This document shows, piece by piece, positions 5,101-5,682 of a stretch of DNA of 5,682 bases. The position numbers were made by a program, and so were the translations under genes. Position 1 is the stretch's first letter. Every line of letters begins with the position of its first letter. The notes beneath the pieces are model-generated. The model did no database searches, was not told the DNA's origin, and was given only the letters and a program-made list of their open reading frames with translations. The stretch is from Escherichia coli (GTDB lineage Bacteria; Pseudomonadota; Gammaproteobacteria; Enterobacterales; Enterobacteriaceae). The stretch is from the NCBI RefSeq assembly GCF_003334785.1, contig NZ_QOWV01000042.1; one strand, written 5' to 3'.

Positions 5101-5640
5101 TCATTTAATTTTTAAATTACGAAGCTCATTATCCAGATAGCGATTCAGCTCGAGGAGCTCGTGGTCATCGCCGAAACTGACGGTTTTCAGGCTCTTGATC
5201 TCATCGTCCAGATAGCGGTTCAGCTCGAGGAGTTCGTGGTCATCGCCGAAACTGACGGTTTTCAGACTCATGATCTCATCGTCCAGATAGCGGTTCAGTT
5301 CCCGGAGTTCGTGGTCATTGCCGAAACTGACGGTTTTCAGGCTCTTGATCTCATCGTCCAGATAGCGGTTCAGTTTCCGGAGCTCGTGGTCATCGCCGAA
5401 ACTGACGGTTTTCAGACTCATGATCTCATCGTCCAGATAGCGGTTCAGCTCGAGGAGCTCGTGGTCATCGCCGAAACTGACGGTTTTCAGGCTCATGATC
5501 TCATCGTCCAGATAGCGGTTCAGTTTCCGGAGCTCGAGGTCATCGCCGAAATTGACGGTTTTCAGACTCATGATCTCATCGTCCAGATAGCGGTTCAGAT
5601 AGAGGAGATCATAGTCATCGCAGACGCTAACAGTATTAAC
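5101..5640. repeat. 75-bp tandem repeat array: six near-perfect units at 5161, 5236, 5311, 5386, 5461 and 5536, plus degenerate flanking units.
   Basis: The period was verified by coordinates: gtggtcatcgcc recurs at 5161, 5236, 5386 and 5461, with the one-mismatch variant gtggtcattgcc at 5311. Units differ at only a few positions each. The variants are combinations of cagactcatgatc versus caggctcttgatc, and cagctcgaggag versus cagtt(t/c)ccggag. Confidence 0.95.
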
Positions 5641-5652
5641 AATATTTATCAA
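5101..5652 (-). CDS. Acidic 25-aa tandem-repeat protein, paralogue B (repeat domain and C-terminus). The homologous N-terminal region continues upstream past an in-frame TAG and off the right edge.
   Basis: The ORF contains seven repeat units of consensus LNRYLDDEI(M/K)SLKTVSFGDDHEL(LE/RK) and ends ...LNRYLDNELRNLKIK, with TGA at 5103..5101. The track start at 5652 is a TTG directly after TAG 5655..5653. No SD precedes it, so it is probably not a real start. It may be a disrupted gene, so pseudogene status is possible. Confidence 0.55.
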   Translation of the reverse strand: MINIVNTVSVCDDYDLLYLNRYLDDEIMSLKTVNFGDDLELRKLNRYLDDEIMSLKTVSFGDDHELLELNRYLDDEIMSLKTVSFGDDHELRKLNRYLDDEIKSLKTVSFGNDHELRELNRYLDDEIMSLKTVSFGDDHELLELNRYLDDEIKSLKTVSFGDDHELLELNRYLDNELRNLKIK

Positions 5653-5682
5653 CTAGTAATCGTACATCATCAGCTCAATTAA

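Noticed and set aside
5101-5640. The regular repeat array might be a CRISPR array or replication iterons.
   Set aside because: The units are directly contiguous, with no spacers and a 75-bp period, so this is not CRISPR. ColE1-type replication uses RNAII priming, with no Rep protein or iterons. The period is a multiple of 3 and keeps a long ORF open, so coding repeats are the simpler explanation.
5161-5682. A 173-aa + strand ORF (MVIAETDGFQALDLIVQIAVQ...) running through the 75-bp repeats.
   Set aside because: It is the antisense reading of the repeat array. A 75-bp (25-codon) repeat without stops stays open on both strands. The minus-strand reading is preferred for three reasons. Paralogue A has AGGAG plus ATG and is operon-linked to the PIN-like gene. 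The minus ORF ends at a defined C-terminal degenerate unit. The + ORF has no ATG or SD that I can see.

Overview
The window is most of a small ColE1/pMB1-superfamily mobilisable plasmid. I recognised the backbone by eye from remembered pBR322/pMB1, p15A and ColE1 sequence. It comprises an RNAII/RNAI origin (about 1502-2058, RNAII on +), bom/oriT with the CTGG/CTTA nic motif on the minus strand (nic about 2328/2329), and rop (2478-2669, -). It also carries mbeC-mbeA with mbeB and mbeD nested out of frame inside mbeA (2711-4639, +), and a cer-type XerCD resolution site (about 4850-5086). mbeA is broken by a perfect 26-bp tandem duplication (3426-3477) that shifts the frame. The slot between cer and the origin, where ColE1 carries its colicin operon, holds uncharacterised minus-strand cargo. 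The first cargo gene is an AT-rich 416-codon ORF with PIN-like nuclease motifs (243-1493). Thirteen nt downstream is a gene (ATG at 229, running off the left edge) with a short unique N-terminus followed by acidic 25-aa tandem repeats. A paralogous repeat gene enters from the right edge (5682 down to 5101). It has at least six near-identical 75-bp units and an in-frame TAG where the paralogue has AAG. This PIN-like plus repeat-protein module is the best candidate for an undescribed system (defence, toxin or anti-defence). No function can be assigned from sequence alone. All homology statements rest on memory and hand alignment, not on searches.
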